Assembly: GCA_963716175.1 (NCBI GenBank)
Contig: OY970296.1
Location: 4,128,001-4,192,000 of the forward strand
Source of the DNA: an uncultured Armatimonadetes bacterium
GTDB lineage: Bacteria; Armatimonadota; Hebobacteria; Hebobacterales; Hebobacteraceae
Reading direction: 5' to 3'
Length of the DNA: 64,000 nt
Part shown: positions 28,694 to 39,683 of the stretch, one piece after another
How positions within the stretch are numbered: position 1 is the first letter of the stretch
Layout of the letters: each line of letters starts with the position of its first letter
Position numbers and translations under genes: made by a program
Notes under the pieces: generated by a model
The model's database searches: none
Seen by the model: the letters and a program-made list of their open reading frames with translations, nothing else
What the model was told of the DNA's origin: nothing

Positions 28694-31600
28694 CTAGGCC
28701 GCGTCCGCGGCGATGACGTGCTCTGCGGCCACCTCAGCCTCCGCGGTTTCCTGCGCCTTCTCCCGTTGGGAAGGGCCGGATGAGACGGGCTGCTCGTCCC
28801 GCAGGCGCAGGCCGATGAGCTTGCTGACCCCGGCTTCTTCCATGGTGACGCCGTAGAGGATGTCGGCCGCCTCCATGGTCCCCTTGTTGTGAGTGATGAT
28901 GATGAACTGGGACTGCTGGGCGAACTCCCGCAGCACCTCGCAGTAGCGCCCCACATTGCTGTCGTCCAGGGGTGCGTCCACCTCGTCGAGGATGACAAAG
29001 GGCGAGGGCTTCACCTTGAGCAGCGCGAACAGGATGGCGGCCGCGGTCAGCGCCCGCTCACCACCGGAGAGCTGAAGGAGATCGCGCGTCTTCTTGCCCG
29101 GGGCGGTGACGGTGACATCCACGCCGGACTCCAGCACATTCTCTCCGCTGGTCAAGGTGAGATCGGCGTGGCCTCCGCCAAAGAGCCGCACGAAGAACCC
29201 GCGAAACTCGCGCTGGAGGGCCTCGAAGGCAGTCAGGAAGCGGGCGGTAGCCTCCTGGTCAATGGTGACGATGGCCTGCTGCAAGTCCTCCTGCGCGGCC
29301 TCCAGATCGCTGCGCTGAGCGCCGAGGAACTCGATCCGCTGCTTCACCCGCTCGTACTCCTCGATGGCGCCCAGGTTGACCTCACCCAGGGCCTCTATGC
29401 GGGACTGCAGTTCAGCCATCTTCTCCTTGGAGGCGGCGCGGCCCTCGATGGGCTTCGCCACCTGCTCGGCCTGCTCCAAGGTGAGGCGGAACTCCTCCAG
29501 CAGGGCGCGCTCGGTGAAGCCGATCTCACTGTCCAGTTGGGTGGTGCGCATCTGCGAGCGGTGGAGGCGCTGCTGCATCGCCTCCAGCTCTTCCCGGTGG
29601 CGGGCGGCGGCCTCCAGGTCGGAGGCGATCTGCTCCAGCAACTGCTGCCGCTCTCCCTGAGCGCGGGCCAGCTCCTGCTCGGCCGCCTGATGCCGCTCCC
29701 GCATGTTCTGGCACTCGACCTGCGCCCCCTGAAGTCCACCCTGCGCCTGCTCAAGGGACTTGGCGACCTGCTCCAGCAGGGCCTGCTTGTCCTCGATCGC
29801 GCTCTTCAGGGCTTCGCCGCGCTCCCGCTCTCTGCCCATGCGGACCTCGAGCGCGCGGAGATCGCCCTCCACCGCGGTCAGACTCACACGCAGCTCAGAG
29901 GTGGCAGCGTTGAGCTCCTCCCGCGCGTCGCGGCCCGAGCGCACCGCGGTCTCGAACTCGGCCATGGCGGACTCGACTGCGCGCTGCCGCTCCTCCAAGC
30001 CCTGTACCCGCGCGCCAACTGCGGCGCTCTCCTGCTCGATCTGCGCAACTTCGCCCTCCAGCCCGCTTTGCTCGGCCGCCAGCGCTTCCTCCCGCTCGCT
30101 CTCGAGACGCAGATTCTCAGCGAGCACCTGTGCCTCTCGCTCCGCCTCGGCCAGCGCCGCCACCGCGTCCTCCAGCTCGCGCTGGCGAGCCTGGGTGCTG
30201 GCCCGCCCCGCTTCCAGCTCCTGCTGGGCGCGACGCGAATCGGCCACGACCTGCTCCAGGTGGGCCTGGAGCTGCTGCTGCTCGTGCTCCAGGGCCGCGA
30301 TCTCCCGCTCGCGGCCGATGAGCTGTGGCCCTGTCGGCCTGCTGCCCCCGCTGATCGCACCCCAGGGCCTGATCACATCGCCGTCGGTGGTGACAATCGC
30401 CCGCCATCCCTGATGAGCGCGGCTGAGCTGCAGCGCGACCTCCAACTTCGCGGCCACCACCACCCGGCCCAGCAAATGCTCCACCACGGGTTGGGCCTCG
30501 GGGCTGCAGGACACCAGGTCGGCGGCTAGGCCAAGGCATCCGGGCTGGCGCGCCAGCTCCGCCAGCCCCTGCGGGCGCGGCGCGGGCCGCAGGTGCGAAA
30601 GCGGGAGAAACGTGGCGCGCCCGCCTCTGGTCTCCTTCAGGAATGCGATCGCGTCCGCCGCCTCCGCCTGAGTTGCCACCACCAAGTCGCCCACGGCCGG
30701 GCCGAGACTGGCCTCGATCGCCAGCTCCAGCTCCTGGGGGACATGGAGCAGATTGGCCACCGTCTGATAGCCGCCAGCGAGGCGGCCGCTCTGGGCCGCT
30801 GTCAGCACCGCCTTCACCCCTGCGCGCAGCCCGTCGCCCAGACGCTGCATCTCCTGCAGCGCTCCGCGCCGGGAGGCCACCGCGGAGAGCTGCTCTCGCA
30901 GCCGCAGCTCCTCTTTCGCCGCCTCCGCCAGGGCCCGGGCTGCGTCCTCGGCCTGTGAACCCAGGGAGTGCACCTCGGCCTGAATCCGGTTCCGGCGCGC
31001 TTCCGATTCCCGGGCCGCCCGGGTGGCCTCGCCCGCCCGGCCTTCGATCTCCCCCCGCCGAGCCTGGAGGGCGGTGCGCTGCTCTCCCAGCCGGGCGATG
31101 CGCGCTCGCGCCGCTTGCAGCAGTGATTCGCACTGCACCTGCTGGTTGCGGGCATCGGCCAGCTCGCGCAGCAGGTCCAGGTGGTCAGCGCGCTGCTGAT
31201 CCACGGAGTCGCCCGCGCTGCGCAGAGAACCGGCCTCGTCTCGCAGGCGTTTCTCGCGCGCAGCTATGTCTGCTCGCAACTGGCTCGCCCGCTCCGCCAG
31301 CTCTGGCCGCTGCCGCTCGGCCTCGGCCAGCTCTTGCTCGGCGGCGGCGAGCTGGCTCTGCAGTCGGGCCAGCTCATCGCCGGTGAGCGCCATCTGCCGC
31401 TGCAGGTCCTCGATCCGCTGCGTGGTCAGGTTCAGCCGCCCATCGGCGCGCTCCGTCTCCCGCGCCAGCCGCGCCACCAGCACCCGGGTCTCGTCCAGCC
31501 GCCCCTCCACCACTTGCACCTGGGCACGAAGCTCGGCCTCCTGGGCCGCGAACTGGTGAGTCCGGGTGCGGGCCGCCTCTATCTCCCGCTCCAGCTCCGT

Positions 31601-32344
31601 CTCCCGGTCCCGCGCCCGCGCCAGGTTCTCGGAGAGCGCCTGGTGCTCGTGCACGAGCAGGCTGAGCTTCAGGTCGAACAGCTCCTTGGAGAGCGCGCGG
31701 TACTCGCGCGCCGCCTCGGACTGCTGCGCGAGCGGGGCGACCTGGGCCTCCAGCTCGTGGAGGATATCGCTGACGCGGAGCAGGTTGGCGCACACTCTGT
31801 CGAGCTTGCGCTGGGCCTCGTTCTTGCGCTGGCGATAGCGCTGAATGCCGGCCGCCTGCTCGAAGATCTCTCTTCGGTCCTCGGAGCGGACGGAGAGGAT
31901 GCGGTCAATCTCGTTCTGGCTGATCACCGAGTAGGCATGCTTGCCAATGCCAGTGTCGAGCAAGAGCTCGTGGATATCGCGCAGCCGGCAGGGGACGCGG
32001 TTGATGAAGTACTCGCCCTCGCCGGTGCGGAAGACCCGGCGGGTGATGGTCACCTCGGAGAAATCGAGGGGAAGCGCGCCGTCGCCGTTGTCGAGAGTGA
32101 GGGAAATCTCGCCCAGCCCGGCGCGCCGGCGGGCCTCGCTGCCGGCGAAGATCACGTCATGGGAGTGAGCGGAGCGAAGCGATCTCAGGCCCTGCTCGCC
32201 CAGGCACCAGACGATGGCATCCGAGAGGTTGCTCTTGCCGCTGCCGTTGGGGCCGACGATGGCGGTGATGCCCGGTCCGAATTGCAGGCTGGTGCGCTCG
32301 GCGAAGGTCTTGAAGCCGGAGAGGTCCAACTGCTTGAGATACAC
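28694..32344 (-). CDS. smc: Chromosome segregation protein SMC
   Basis: GPNGSGKSN, coiled coils, hinge [24 protein letters not shown]. Confidence 0.97.
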   Translation of the reverse strand: MYLKQLDLSGFKTFAERTSLQFGPGITAIVGPNGSGKSNLSDAIVWCLGEQGLRSLRSAHSHDVIFAGSEARRRAGLGEISLTLDNGDGALPLDFSEVTITRRVFRTGEGEYFINRVPCRLRDIHELLLDTGIGKHAYSVISQNEIDRILSVRSEDRREIFEQAAGIQRYRQRKNEAQRKLDRVCANLLRVSDILHELEAQVAPLAQQSEAAREYRALSKELFDLKLSLLVHEHQALSENLARARDRETELEREIEAARTRTHQFAAQEAELRAQVQVVEGRLDETRVLVARLARETERADGRLNLTTQRIEDLQRQMALTGDELARLQSQLAAAEQELAEAERQRPELAERASQLRADIAAREKRLRDEAGSLRSAGDSVDQQRADHLDLLRELADARNQQVQCESLLQAARARIARLGEQRTALQARRGEIEGRAGEATRAARESEARRNRIQAEVHSLGSQAEDAARALAEAAKEELRLREQLSAVASRRGALQEMQRLGDGLRAGVKAVLTAAQSGRLAGGYQTVANLLHVPQELELAIEASLGPAVGDLVVATQAEAADAIAFLKETRGGRATFLPLSHLRPAPRPQGLAELARQPGCLGLAADLVSCSPEAQPVVEHLLGRVVVAAKLEVALQLSRAHQGWRAIVTTDGDVIRPWGAISGGSRPTGPQLIGREREIAALEHEQQQLQAHLEQVVADSRRAQQELEAGRASTQARQRELEDAVAALAEAEREAQVLAENLRLESEREEALAAEQSGLEGEVAQIEQESAAVGARVQGLEERQRAVESAMAEFETAVRSGRDAREELNAATSELRVSLTAVEGDLRALEVRMGRERERGEALKSAIEDKQALLEQVAKSLEQAQGGLQGAQVECQNMRERHQAAEQELARAQGERQQLLEQIASDLEAAARHREELEAMQQRLHRSQMRTTQLDSEIGFTERALLEEFRLTLEQAEQVAKPIEGRAASKEKMAELQSRIEALGEVNLGAIEEYERVKQRIEFLGAQRSDLEAAQEDLQQAIVTIDQEATARFLTAFEALQREFRGFFVRLFGGGHADLTLTSGENVLESGVDVTVTAPGKKTRDLLQLSGGERALTAAAILFALLKVKPSPFVILDEVDAPLDDSNVGRYCEVLREFAQQSQFIIITHNKGTMEAADILYGVTMEEAGVSKLIGLRLRDEQPVSSGPSQREKAQETAEAEVAAEHVIAADAA

Positions 32345-32542
32345 GCTGGATCCCTTTCTGCGACTGGTGCTGCTGTCTGTGCTGCGAACTCTGTTAGACC
32401 CGCGCCGCAGGCGGGCCTCGGCCCTTCCCTGCGGTGCTGGTGTTTTACCGCATCTGCCTGGGCCTTTGCTATGAGGAGCTACCCGGCGCGTTAGTGCTGG
32501 GCCGGTGTCAGCGCCGACACGCTCGCCGCGCCGGCGTTCGCC

Positions 32543-33370
32543 TCAGCCCTCCTGCCCCACCGCGACCAGGGCCTCTCTGAGGAGGCGCACGTCGTCCGCC
32601 AGCTCGTGCGGGCGGCGCTTCTGGAAGATGCCCACGCAGACGGCGTCGGTCGGGCGCATGGCGCGGGCGGCGTAGGCGAAGGCTTCCCTAGGGTCGCTGC
32701 GGCCGGAGGCCATAATCTTGTAGTGGATCACAGGCCGGGAGAGCTGCTGGATGAACTGGGTCATCTGCTCCCGGTGCTCGGGGGCGAAGTACTCATCCTG
32801 GGTGATGTGCTCGGGCGACTTATCCCTGGGCAGGGGGTCGTAGTAGCAGCACATGTAGAAGTCGCAGTCTATGTGCTCCTCGGCAAAGGCGAAGATCTCG
32901 GTCTTGTGCCCCGCCATGCCGCAGGGCAGGCCGGCGTCCCGCACCATGTTGATCACGGGCTGCACCTCCAGGAGGTGGCCGTGATGGTGCAGATTGTCGG
33001 TCTGGCCCCCGTGGATGAAGACGGCCTTGGCCCCGTTGTGGATGCCGTTGAGGGCGCCCCGCTCGGGCCCGCCCAGCTCGGGGCAGGTCTGCGCGATCCA
33101 CTGGATAGTGCCCCCCTCGTCCCAGTGCTCCATCAGGATGCGCATGATGTGGTGGTCGGCGCGGCCGATGTGGGTGGTGATCCCCAGGCTCTCGGCCTCC
33201 CGGTAGAGCGCCTTGCAGCGCTCGGTGGTGAAGTAGTGCTTCATCTCCCGATCCAGCGGGCCGTCCCAGTGGCTGAACCCGCTCTGCGGGTTGCCGCCCA
33301 GGATGAACCGGCTGACCTCGAGGTTGCCCAACTTGACCTTGGCGATCTGCGCTTTCTCCGCAACTGCCAC
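32543..33370 (-). CDS. Aldo/keto-reductase-fold hypothetical protein
   Basis: LGNLEVSRFILGGNP..., YKIMASGR; GTG start behind AGGAGG. Confidence 0.65.
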   Translation of the reverse strand: MAVAEKAQIAKVKLGNLEVSRFILGGNPQSGFSHWDGPLDREMKHYFTTERCKALYREAESLGITTHIGRADHHIMRILMEHWDEGGTIQWIAQTCPELGGPERGALNGIHNGAKAVFIHGGQTDNLHHHGHLLEVQPVINMVRDAGLPCGMAGHKTEIFAFAEEHIDCDFYMCCYYDPLPRDKSPEHITQDEYFAPEHREQMTQFIQQLSRPVIHYKIMASGRSDPREAFAYAARAMRPTDAVCVGIFQKRRPHELADDVRLLREALVAVGQEG

Positions 33371-33432
33371 TTCTTCTGCCTCCTGACCCCCACAGCATGG
33401 ACGCCCACACGGGCGCTGGTTACTCTTGGATT

Positions 33433-34299
33433 CTACCCTGGCTTGGCCTTGGCCTGCCGGCGCTTGGCCGTCTTTGCGGCCAGCGGCTTGAACTCGCCCC
33501 ACATGTTCATGGCGCCGATGAAGCTGGTGGGGTGGGTCATGGTGGCCGCGGTGGCATAGGGGCGCTCTTTGGTCGGGCGCAGCTTGATCATCCGGGTGAA
33601 AGGCGGCTTCAGGCGGATCAGCCCGAAATCCTCGGCCTGGGCCCGGCGGAGGGCCCGCAGCGCGCCCTCCCGGATGAGGCGGCGAGCGCGCACCGGGTGC
33701 AGGTGGCGCGCAGACGCGGTGAACTGCCAGTACTGGTCCTCGCTCAGGTCATTCCCGGTGCCCGGCTTCACTCCCCGTTTCACGGCTACGGTCTCGATCC
33801 CAGGCACCAGGGCTTGCGCCTCCTTGGCGAAGGCGGCGTCTCCCGAGCCGAAGATGGCGCGCACCCCCAGCTCGCCGGCGCACATCGCCAGCTCCCCGAA
33901 CTCGCCGATGCAGACCCCGTTCACCGACTCGTCCAGATACTCGATGCTCTGGGTGTGGCAGAGGTGAGCATACTCGGTTCCGGCCTTGGCATGCTGGCCC
34001 ACCCAGACCACGAAGTCATAGGACTTGTCCAGGCAGAGGGGCCAGACCGGGTCGCTCCAGCCGCGGGAGATCTCGACCCGCGGGTCGAGCAGCTTGATGT
34101 TGATGCCGCCGGGGCCATGGGCGTCCATCACCATGATGTCAGTCGCCCCTCCTTCGAATAGCCCGTCCACCGCGGCGTTGACTTCCTCGGTGAGGAACTC
34201 CTTGGCGAGCTCGTAGTAGGGCCGGCCCGGGCCGGTCCACTCCTGGAAGTTGAGCACCCCAGCAACGCCCTCGAGATTGGTCATCACATAAACTCTCAT
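33433..34299 (-). CDS. M55-family D-aminopeptidase (DppA-like)
   Basis: TNLEGVAG, EVNAAVDG, DAHG, GQHA, HTQS, IGE, SGD motifs. Confidence 0.9.
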   Translation of the reverse strand: MRVYVMTNLEGVAGVLNFQEWTGPGRPYYELAKEFLTEEVNAAVDGLFEGGATDIMVMDAHGPGGINIKLLDPRVEISRGWSDPVWPLCLDKSYDFVVWVGQHAKAGTEYAHLCHTQSIEYLDESVNGVCIGEFGELAMCAGELGVRAIFGSGDAAFAKEAQALVPGIETVAVKRGVKPGTGNDLSEDQYWQFTASARHLHPVRARRLIREGALRALRRAQAEDFGLIRLKPPFTRMIKLRPTKERPYATAATMTHPTSFIGAMNMWGEFKPLAAKTAKRRQAKAKPG

Positions 34300-34511
34300 A
34301 TCGGCCCCTTTCGGGGACAAGCAGTTCCGCGCGGAGACCGGCAGGTCCTCCTGGCGGGCTAGGGCTCGGCAGGCGTGACCCTCGGAGTGATCGCGCTCAG
34401 CATTGACCGGAAACGCGCTATTTGCTAGACTGCCGACGCGAGTTACCCAGTTCGCGGCCCACGGCGAGGTAGCGTCCCGGCCTGGGACGCAGGGGGAAAG
34501 GGGAGAGAGCG

Positions 34512-35177
34512 TTGGCGCCCACGTCAGCGCGAGTTCCGGAGCCCACGGTTGCCAGGCTCAGCCTGTACCTGCGATTGCTTCGCAGGCTGGCCGCCGCCGG
34601 GGTGGGCACGGTGTCATCGGCCCAGATGGAGGCTCAGCTCGGTATCACCTCGGCGCAGATCCGCAAGGACCTCTCGCACCTGGGGGAGTTCGGCCGGCCG
34701 GGAATCGGCTACGACGTAGAGCACTTGCTGGGGCGATTGACCGAGATCATGCAGTTGGACCGAGAGCAGAGGGTGGTGATCGTGGGTGCGGGTAATCTCG
34801 GCTCTGCCCTGGTGGGCTACTTGGGATTCGCCAACACGGTCTTCCGCATCGTGGGCATCTTCGATAACAACTTCAGCAAGATCGGCCGCATGCTCTGGAG
34901 CCTGGAAATCCTGGATGTGCAGCGCCTGCTGGAGATAAACGCGGAGCTGCGGGCCAGCATCGGCCTGATTGCGGTGCCGGCGGAGGCGGCTCAGGAGGTG
35001 GCAGACCTGCTGGTGAAAGCGGGCATCCGCGCCATTCTCAACTTCGCCCCGACCGTGGTGACCGTGCCTGCTGGAGTAGCGCTGCGGCACGTGGACCTCA
35101 CGCGCGAGCTGGAGATCCTCTCCTATCTGGTGAGCCGGACGGCGCCGGAACCTCAATCGGCCCGCGCCCGGCAGTGA
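34512..35177 (+). CDS. rex: Redox-sensing transcriptional repressor Rex
   Basis: RLSLYLR, SAQIRKDLSHLGEFG..GIGY, VGAGNLG, ILNFAP. Confidence 0.97.
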   Translation: MAPTSARVPEPTVARLSLYLRLLRRLAAAGVGTVSSAQMEAQLGITSAQIRKDLSHLGEFGRPGIGYDVEHLLGRLTEIMQLDREQRVVIVGAGNLGSALVGYLGFANTVFRIVGIFDNNFSKIGRMLWSLEILDVQRLLEINAELRASIGLIAVPAEAAQEVADLLVKAGIRAILNFAPTVVTVPAGVALRHVDLTRELEILSYLVSRTAPEPQSARARQ

Positions 35178-35178
35178 C

Positions 35179-35280
35179 TAATGATGTTCGCACAACGAAG
35201 TGATGTGCGAACATCGCCCTGTGCCTGTCTGGGCCGCTTCCTGAGCTTCCCCGTGTTACTTCATTCGGCGAAGTTCTTTA
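35179..35280. repeat. Hairpin element, family X copy 1
   Basis: Reverse complement of 44604-44704 over about 100 bp. Confidence 0.8.
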
Positions 35281-35409
35281 GAAGCTGTTTCATAGCCTTG
35301 CCAGGGGAGGTTATGAAACGGCACTGCACAACGTCAGGCCGTGGCAGGCGCATTTCATGCGAGGGCGTGGTGCGGCCAGCCAGCCGGTAGGTTATGAAAT
35401 GCGCTCTAG
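35278..35409. mobile_element. 132-bp MITE-like element, family Y copy 2
   Basis: Near-identical to 20823-20954. Confidence 0.75.
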
Positions 35410-36075
35410 CTCCTCGCAGCAGGTCCGGCGCATGTTCGGCCGGATCGCCGGCCGCTACGATCTCATCAACTCCCTCATCAGTCTGGGCCAGAACCGCCGC
35501 TGGAAGGACCTGACCGCGCGGGCCTGTCGCCTCCCGAGCGGAGGGCTGGCTCTGGATGTCTGCGCCGGCACCGGCGACATCGCGCTGGCGATGGCCCGCC
35601 GCGGGGCGCGGGTGGCGGCGCTCGACTTCTCGGCCGAGATGCTCGCCATCGCCCGCGAGAAGGCCCGCGGCCGCCCCATCTTCCTGGTGCAGGCAGATGC
35701 GCTCGACCTGCCCTTCGCCGACCATGTCTTCGACGCCGCCGCGGTCGGGTTCAGCCTGCGCAACGTCGCTTCTCTCCCCAGGTTGGTGGCCGAGATGGCG
35801 CGGGTGGTGCGGCCGGGTGGTTGGGTGGTATCGCTGGAGACCTCGCAGCCGCCCTTTCTCCTGATGCGCGCCAGCTACCGGGCCTATCTGAGAGCGGCCA
35901 TCTCGCTCGCGCCTCTGCTCTCGGAGGGCTCCGCCTATCGCTACCTGGCCGACAGCATCGGCGCCTTCCCCCGGCCGAGGAGATCGCGGAGGCCTTTCGC
36001 GCCGCCGGCCTGCGGCAGGTGCGTTTCCAAAGACTCCTGTTCGGTGTGGTCGCCATCCACGCGGGCCAGGTATGA
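35399..36075 (+). CDS. ubiE: UbiE/MenG-family methyltransferase (frameshift near 35970)
   Basis: MFGRIAGRYDLINSLISLG, LDVCAGTGD, ADALDLPF, AYRYLADSI. Confidence 0.85.
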
Positions 36076-36185
36076 CTGCGCGGCGAACGGGCTCGACCGC
36101 GAGGGGACCTGGTTTGAGGCGCCGAACTTCAGCGTTCTGCGGACCAGCGGCGGGCTTCGATGCGAGGCCCAGGCTGATCACTTGC

Positions 36186-36216
36186 GATCTGGGATCTCAA
36201 ATCTGAGATTTGAGAT
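36186..36216. repeat. Orphan heptamer patch forming hairpin ATCTCAAATC-TGA-GATTTGAGAT
   Basis: gatctgg gatctca aatctga gatttga gat. Confidence 0.75.
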
Positions 36217-36260
36217 GAAGCGGCTCTGGTCCGGCCCGCGAGGTAACGAACGGCTCCGCG

Positions 36261-37541
36261 ATGTCCGAGAGCGATCCAGAGAGACCCTATGCGCACGCCC
36301 GCCAGGCCTACCGGCTGGGTGTGCTCAACGGCATCCTGTTCAACACCGGAACCGCCTTCGTGGACCCGACCACGGTCCTGCCCACTTTCGTGGCCCGGGT
36401 GAGCGGATCGGACCTGGCGGTGGGCCTGGTCTCGGCCGTGGCCAACGGCGGGTGGTTCCTGCCCCAGCTGCTGGGCGCGAGACACGTGCAGTCCCGGCCC
36501 TACAAGCGGCCCCTGTACGTGCTCACCACCTGCCTGCGCGCCACCGCGTGGGTGTGCGCGATCCCACTCACGTACCTGCTGGCAGGCCGCTATCCCCTGT
36601 CCGCGCTGGTGGGCTTCATGCTCTGCTACGCCCTGGACGCGTTCGGGGGCGGGTTGTCCGGCCCGGCCTGGCTGGACATCATCGCCAAGACCGTGCCGGC
36701 CGGCCGGTTGGGAGCTTTCTTCGCCCACCGTATGTTCTGGGGCGGGCTGGGGGCGATCGGCTCGGCGATGCTCGTGAGGAACATCCTGGGCCGGGGCGGG
36801 CCCAACTTCCCGGCGAATTACTGCTTGCTCTTCGCACTCGCGCTGGGGCTATTCGCGCCGGGCTGGATCGCGTTCGCCGCGATCAAGGAGCCAGCGGGGC
36901 GGGTGGCCGAAGATCAACCCCTGCTGACCTTCCTGCGGAGCGCGCCGGCAGTGATCAGAGGCAACCGGGAGTACCGGCTGCTGCTGATCAGCCGGCTGCT
37001 GTTGGGCGCGGGGGGCCTGGCCTTCCCGTTCTACATCATCTACTGCCAGCGTGAGCTGGGGGTGCCTGACTCCGCAGTGGGGACCTATCTGGCGCTGCAG
37101 ATGGCGGGGGCCGTGGTGGCCAATCCGCTGTGGGCGCACCTGAATGATCGCCGGGGACCGCGCGCGCTGGTGGTGGCGTCCGCGGCGGCCTCGCTCGCCT
37201 CTCCCGCCATCGCCCTGGCGGCTGCGCTGTTCCCGCAGGCGGCCTGGTTCGGGCGAGCCTCCCTGGCCGTGGTGTTCCTGCTGCTGGCGGCGGCCGGGAG
37301 CGGCAGCTTCATCGGCTGCACCAATTACCTGCTGGCGATCGCGCCGGAGGAAGAGCGACCGCTCTACATCGGAGTCCAGAACACGCTGTTCGCGGTGACC
37401 ACCTTCCTGCCGCTGCTGGGCGGGGTGCTGCTCAGGTTCGGCTCTTTCCAGGTGCTGTTCGGCCTGGCCGCGGCGTTGGGAGCGGCGGGCGCGGTGGTGG
37501 CCTTGCGCCTTCCCCCGCGAGGCCGGTCTTCCTCAGCCTGA
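36261..37541 (+). CDS. MFS transporter
   Basis: About 12 hydrophobic segments, LNDRRGPR loop motif. Confidence 0.9.
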   Translation: MSESDPERPYAHARQAYRLGVLNGILFNTGTAFVDPTTVLPTFVARVSGSDLAVGLVSAVANGGWFLPQLLGARHVQSRPYKRPLYVLTTCLRATAWVCAIPLTYLLAGRYPLSALVGFMLCYALDAFGGGLSGPAWLDIIAKTVPAGRLGAFFAHRMFWGGLGAIGSAMLVRNILGRGGPNFPANYCLLFALALGLFAPGWIAFAAIKEPAGRVAEDQPLLTFLRSAPAVIRGNREYRLLLISRLLLGAGGLAFPFYIIYCQRELGVPDSAVGTYLALQMAGAVVANPLWAHLNDRRGPRALVVASAAASLASPAIALAAALFPQAAWFGRASLAVVFLLLAAAGSGSFIGCTNYLLAIAPEEERPLYIGVQNTLFAVTTFLPLLGGVLLRFGSFQVLFGLAAALGAAGAVVALRLPPRGRSSSA

Positions 37542-37766
37542 GCTGCTGGCCGCGGCTGAATCCTTGTCGGATCGTGAGCACATATAGGCCGGGGCGGGGC
37601 GAGGAACGGGGCTTTGCACACGGAATCCGGCGATCCGATGCGGTCAACCCGCATCGAGTTCCGGGTCGGGTGTGGTGACCCCCCAGCTCGCCACACCCTT
37701 CTTGGGGCGTAGGCACGGAAACCCCCTCTTCCGCGCCGCGCCCCCTTCTTTTTGGGGGGCTCCAGT

Positions 37767-38327
37767 TCAGGACGGGCGGCGGAGGCGGCGAGTGGCGACG
37801 ACGGTGCCGACGATGATGGCCGCCAGGCCTATGAACGCGGGCGCCAGGGCGAGTGCCGGCGAGATGGCCTGGCGCTGGTGGAGAGAGACGAACCACATCT
37901 GCTGGCAGAGGAGGCTGAGGCCGGCGGCCAGGCAGGTGGCAAGCCAGGCCATCGCTTCCTGGAGGGGCGCGTAGACGTGGGACTGCTGATCGGGCGGCAG
38001 CAGGCGGGCCTTCTCCTTGCCCGGGAAGTTGTACCACTGCGGCCGCTGCCGCAATAACGCGATCCCGACCAGCATGACGGCGGCCAGGATCAGCAGACCG
38101 AAGACGCTGAACACGTTCTTCGGGCCCCAGGCATCAACTGCGCCCCCGCGGCCGAAATGCGTGGGCATCGGGTCTGGCAACTGGTCCCAGAGAGCCAGCC
38201 CGTCGGCGAAGACCCAGAGCAGGACGAAGGCGCCGAGGGCGAGCAGCATCCGGGCGCGCACCCGGCCGGCAGCATCGGCGTCGCGCAGGGCGTCTTCTGT
38301 CGAATCGAGGGGATGGTTGTTGCCCAT
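37767..38327 (-). CDS. DUF1648 membrane protein
   Basis: LPDPMPTHFGRGGAVDAWGPK motif, multiple TMs. Confidence 0.8.
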   Translation of the reverse strand: MGNNHPLDSTEDALRDADAAGRVRARMLLALGAFVLLWVFADGLALWDQLPDPMPTHFGRGGAVDAWGPKNVFSVFGLLILAAVMLVGIALLRQRPQWYNFPGKEKARLLPPDQQSHVYAPLQEAMAWLATCLAAGLSLLCQQMWFVSLHQRQAISPALALAPAFIGLAAIIVGTVVATRRLRRPS

Positions 38328-38482
38328 GGCCCGTCACCCGCTCGTATTGTAGACCAGGATCAGGGAGAGTCAAGGACGCCAGCGGGCGCCTGGCAGAAGC
38401 GATCATCACCGAGCTGGGATGGGGGGATTGGGGGCAGGAGGCCAGCTCCTGCCCTGCGAACTGCCCAAGTGGGAGAGCGAGA

Positions 38483-39364
38483 ATGCACAGTTGTCTCCTG
38501 AGAGCCTTGTGCTGTCCCGCCTGCCACCGCGAGCTCAAGATCGCAGAGGGCGGGCGCGAGAGTGAGATCGTCGACGGCGCGCTGGGCTGTACGGGCTGCG
38601 GGCAGCTGTTTGCCGTGGAGGGCGGCATAGCGGTGCTCGGTGATGCAGAGTTGATGGCCAGAGTCTGCGACCGGTGGCCGGAGGGAATGCTGACGCCGGA
38701 GCTGTATCGGGGCAATATCCAGAACTCGCGGGAGTGGTACGCGCACGCGCCGCGGTTCGCGCAGTTCGTCGACGCGGCAGCAAAGGTGGAGGGGGTGATC
38801 GTTGATGTCGCCACCGGCCCGGGGGCATCGTTCTCTGGAGCACTGGTGCCACAATTGGGGGAAGGCTCGCATTTCATCATGAGCGACGCGGCGGTGAACA
38901 TGCTCCGCGGGCTGCAGTCCGCTTGGCATGGCGAAACCCATGTGGCAAGAGTGGACTTCCTGGCGTTCGATGGCCATCACATGCCTTTCCGAGACGAATC
39001 CCTGGACGCGCTCACATCGCGGAGCGGGTTCGACTGCGTCAACGCCGACCCAACCCGGAGCCGGCCGCCAGGCGGCGGCCGCGCCTATCGGGAGGGATGT
39101 CGCGTCCTGAAGACGGGCGGATACGTATTCACCACCACTTGCATCTATGAGGCGGATTCGCAAACCGCGACCTATCTGGCCTCGCTCGGGTGCGAGAACA
39201 CATCGAGAAGGACTCTGCAAAGGCTATGGTGTGATATCGGGCTTGAGGTCGTGTCGGAAACGGACCTGCTCAAGCAGAGGGGCAAGACCGATCCCGGAGA
39301 TGGGTTGCCGGTGAGCGATGATGACGGGTGGCGGGTGGTGGCGTATGTGTTGAAGAAGCGGTGA
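38483..39364 (+). CDS. SAM-dependent methyltransferase with Trm112-like N-terminus
   Basis: LCCPAC..CTGCG, VDVATGPG, MPFRDESLD, RVLKTGG. Confidence 0.8.
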   Translation: MHSCLLRALCCPACHRELKIAEGGRESEIVDGALGCTGCGQLFAVEGGIAVLGDAELMARVCDRWPEGMLTPELYRGNIQNSREWYAHAPRFAQFVDAAAKVEGVIVDVATGPGASFSGALVPQLGEGSHFIMSDAAVNMLRGLQSAWHGETHVARVDFLAFDGHHMPFRDESLDALTSRSGFDCVNADPTRSRPPGGGRAYREGCRVLKTGGYVFTTTCIYEADSQTATYLASLGCENTSRRTLQRLWCDIGLEVVSETDLLKQRGKTDPGDGLPVSDDDGWRVVAYVLKKR

Positions 39365-39393
39365 GGAGGAACAAACGACACGGTGTCCCTTCT

Positions 39394-39528
39394 TGTCATC
39401 CTGAGCCCTTCGGCTCCGCTCAGGGTAAACTCCGCGAAGGATCTGTTCAAGAGGGAGGCGTCCGCTTCTGCGGACGCTCACGATAGGGAATGGATTCTTC
39501 GCCCGCCTGGGGCGGGCTCAGAATGACA
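39394..39528. repeat. TGTCATCCTGAGC...GCTCAGAATGACA composite palindrome
   Basis: Outer and inner inverted arms, each with an internal hairpin. Confidence 0.75.
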
Positions 39529-39551
39529 AGCGGAGAGGGCCGGAGGCAGGC

Positions 39552-39670
39552 GGGGCAGGAGGCAAGCGCCGGCAACGGTCGGCGGCGATGCCTTCCCGCT
39601 TCGCCCAAGGCTTCGCAGGACGGGTCGGCATGGCCGCCCTACAGGGGCAGGAGGCAAGCTCCTGCCCAAC
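39552..39670. repeat. REP cluster (GGGCAGGAGGCAAGCTCCTGCCCAAC and GCCCTAC types)
   Basis: Same units as at 15430, 38431, 50719, 63001 and 63205. Confidence 0.75.
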
Positions 39671-39683
39671 GAAGCAGGTCTCG

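Noticed and set aside
34330-34511. Rex operator upstream of rex
   Set aside because: No TTGTGAA-N4-TTCACAA-like palindrome is visible.
37560-37765. Hairpins between the MFS and DUF1648 genes as an ncRNA or tRNA
   Set aside because: No cloverleaf or clear promoter-terminator pair; compatible with degenerate repeats between convergent genes.
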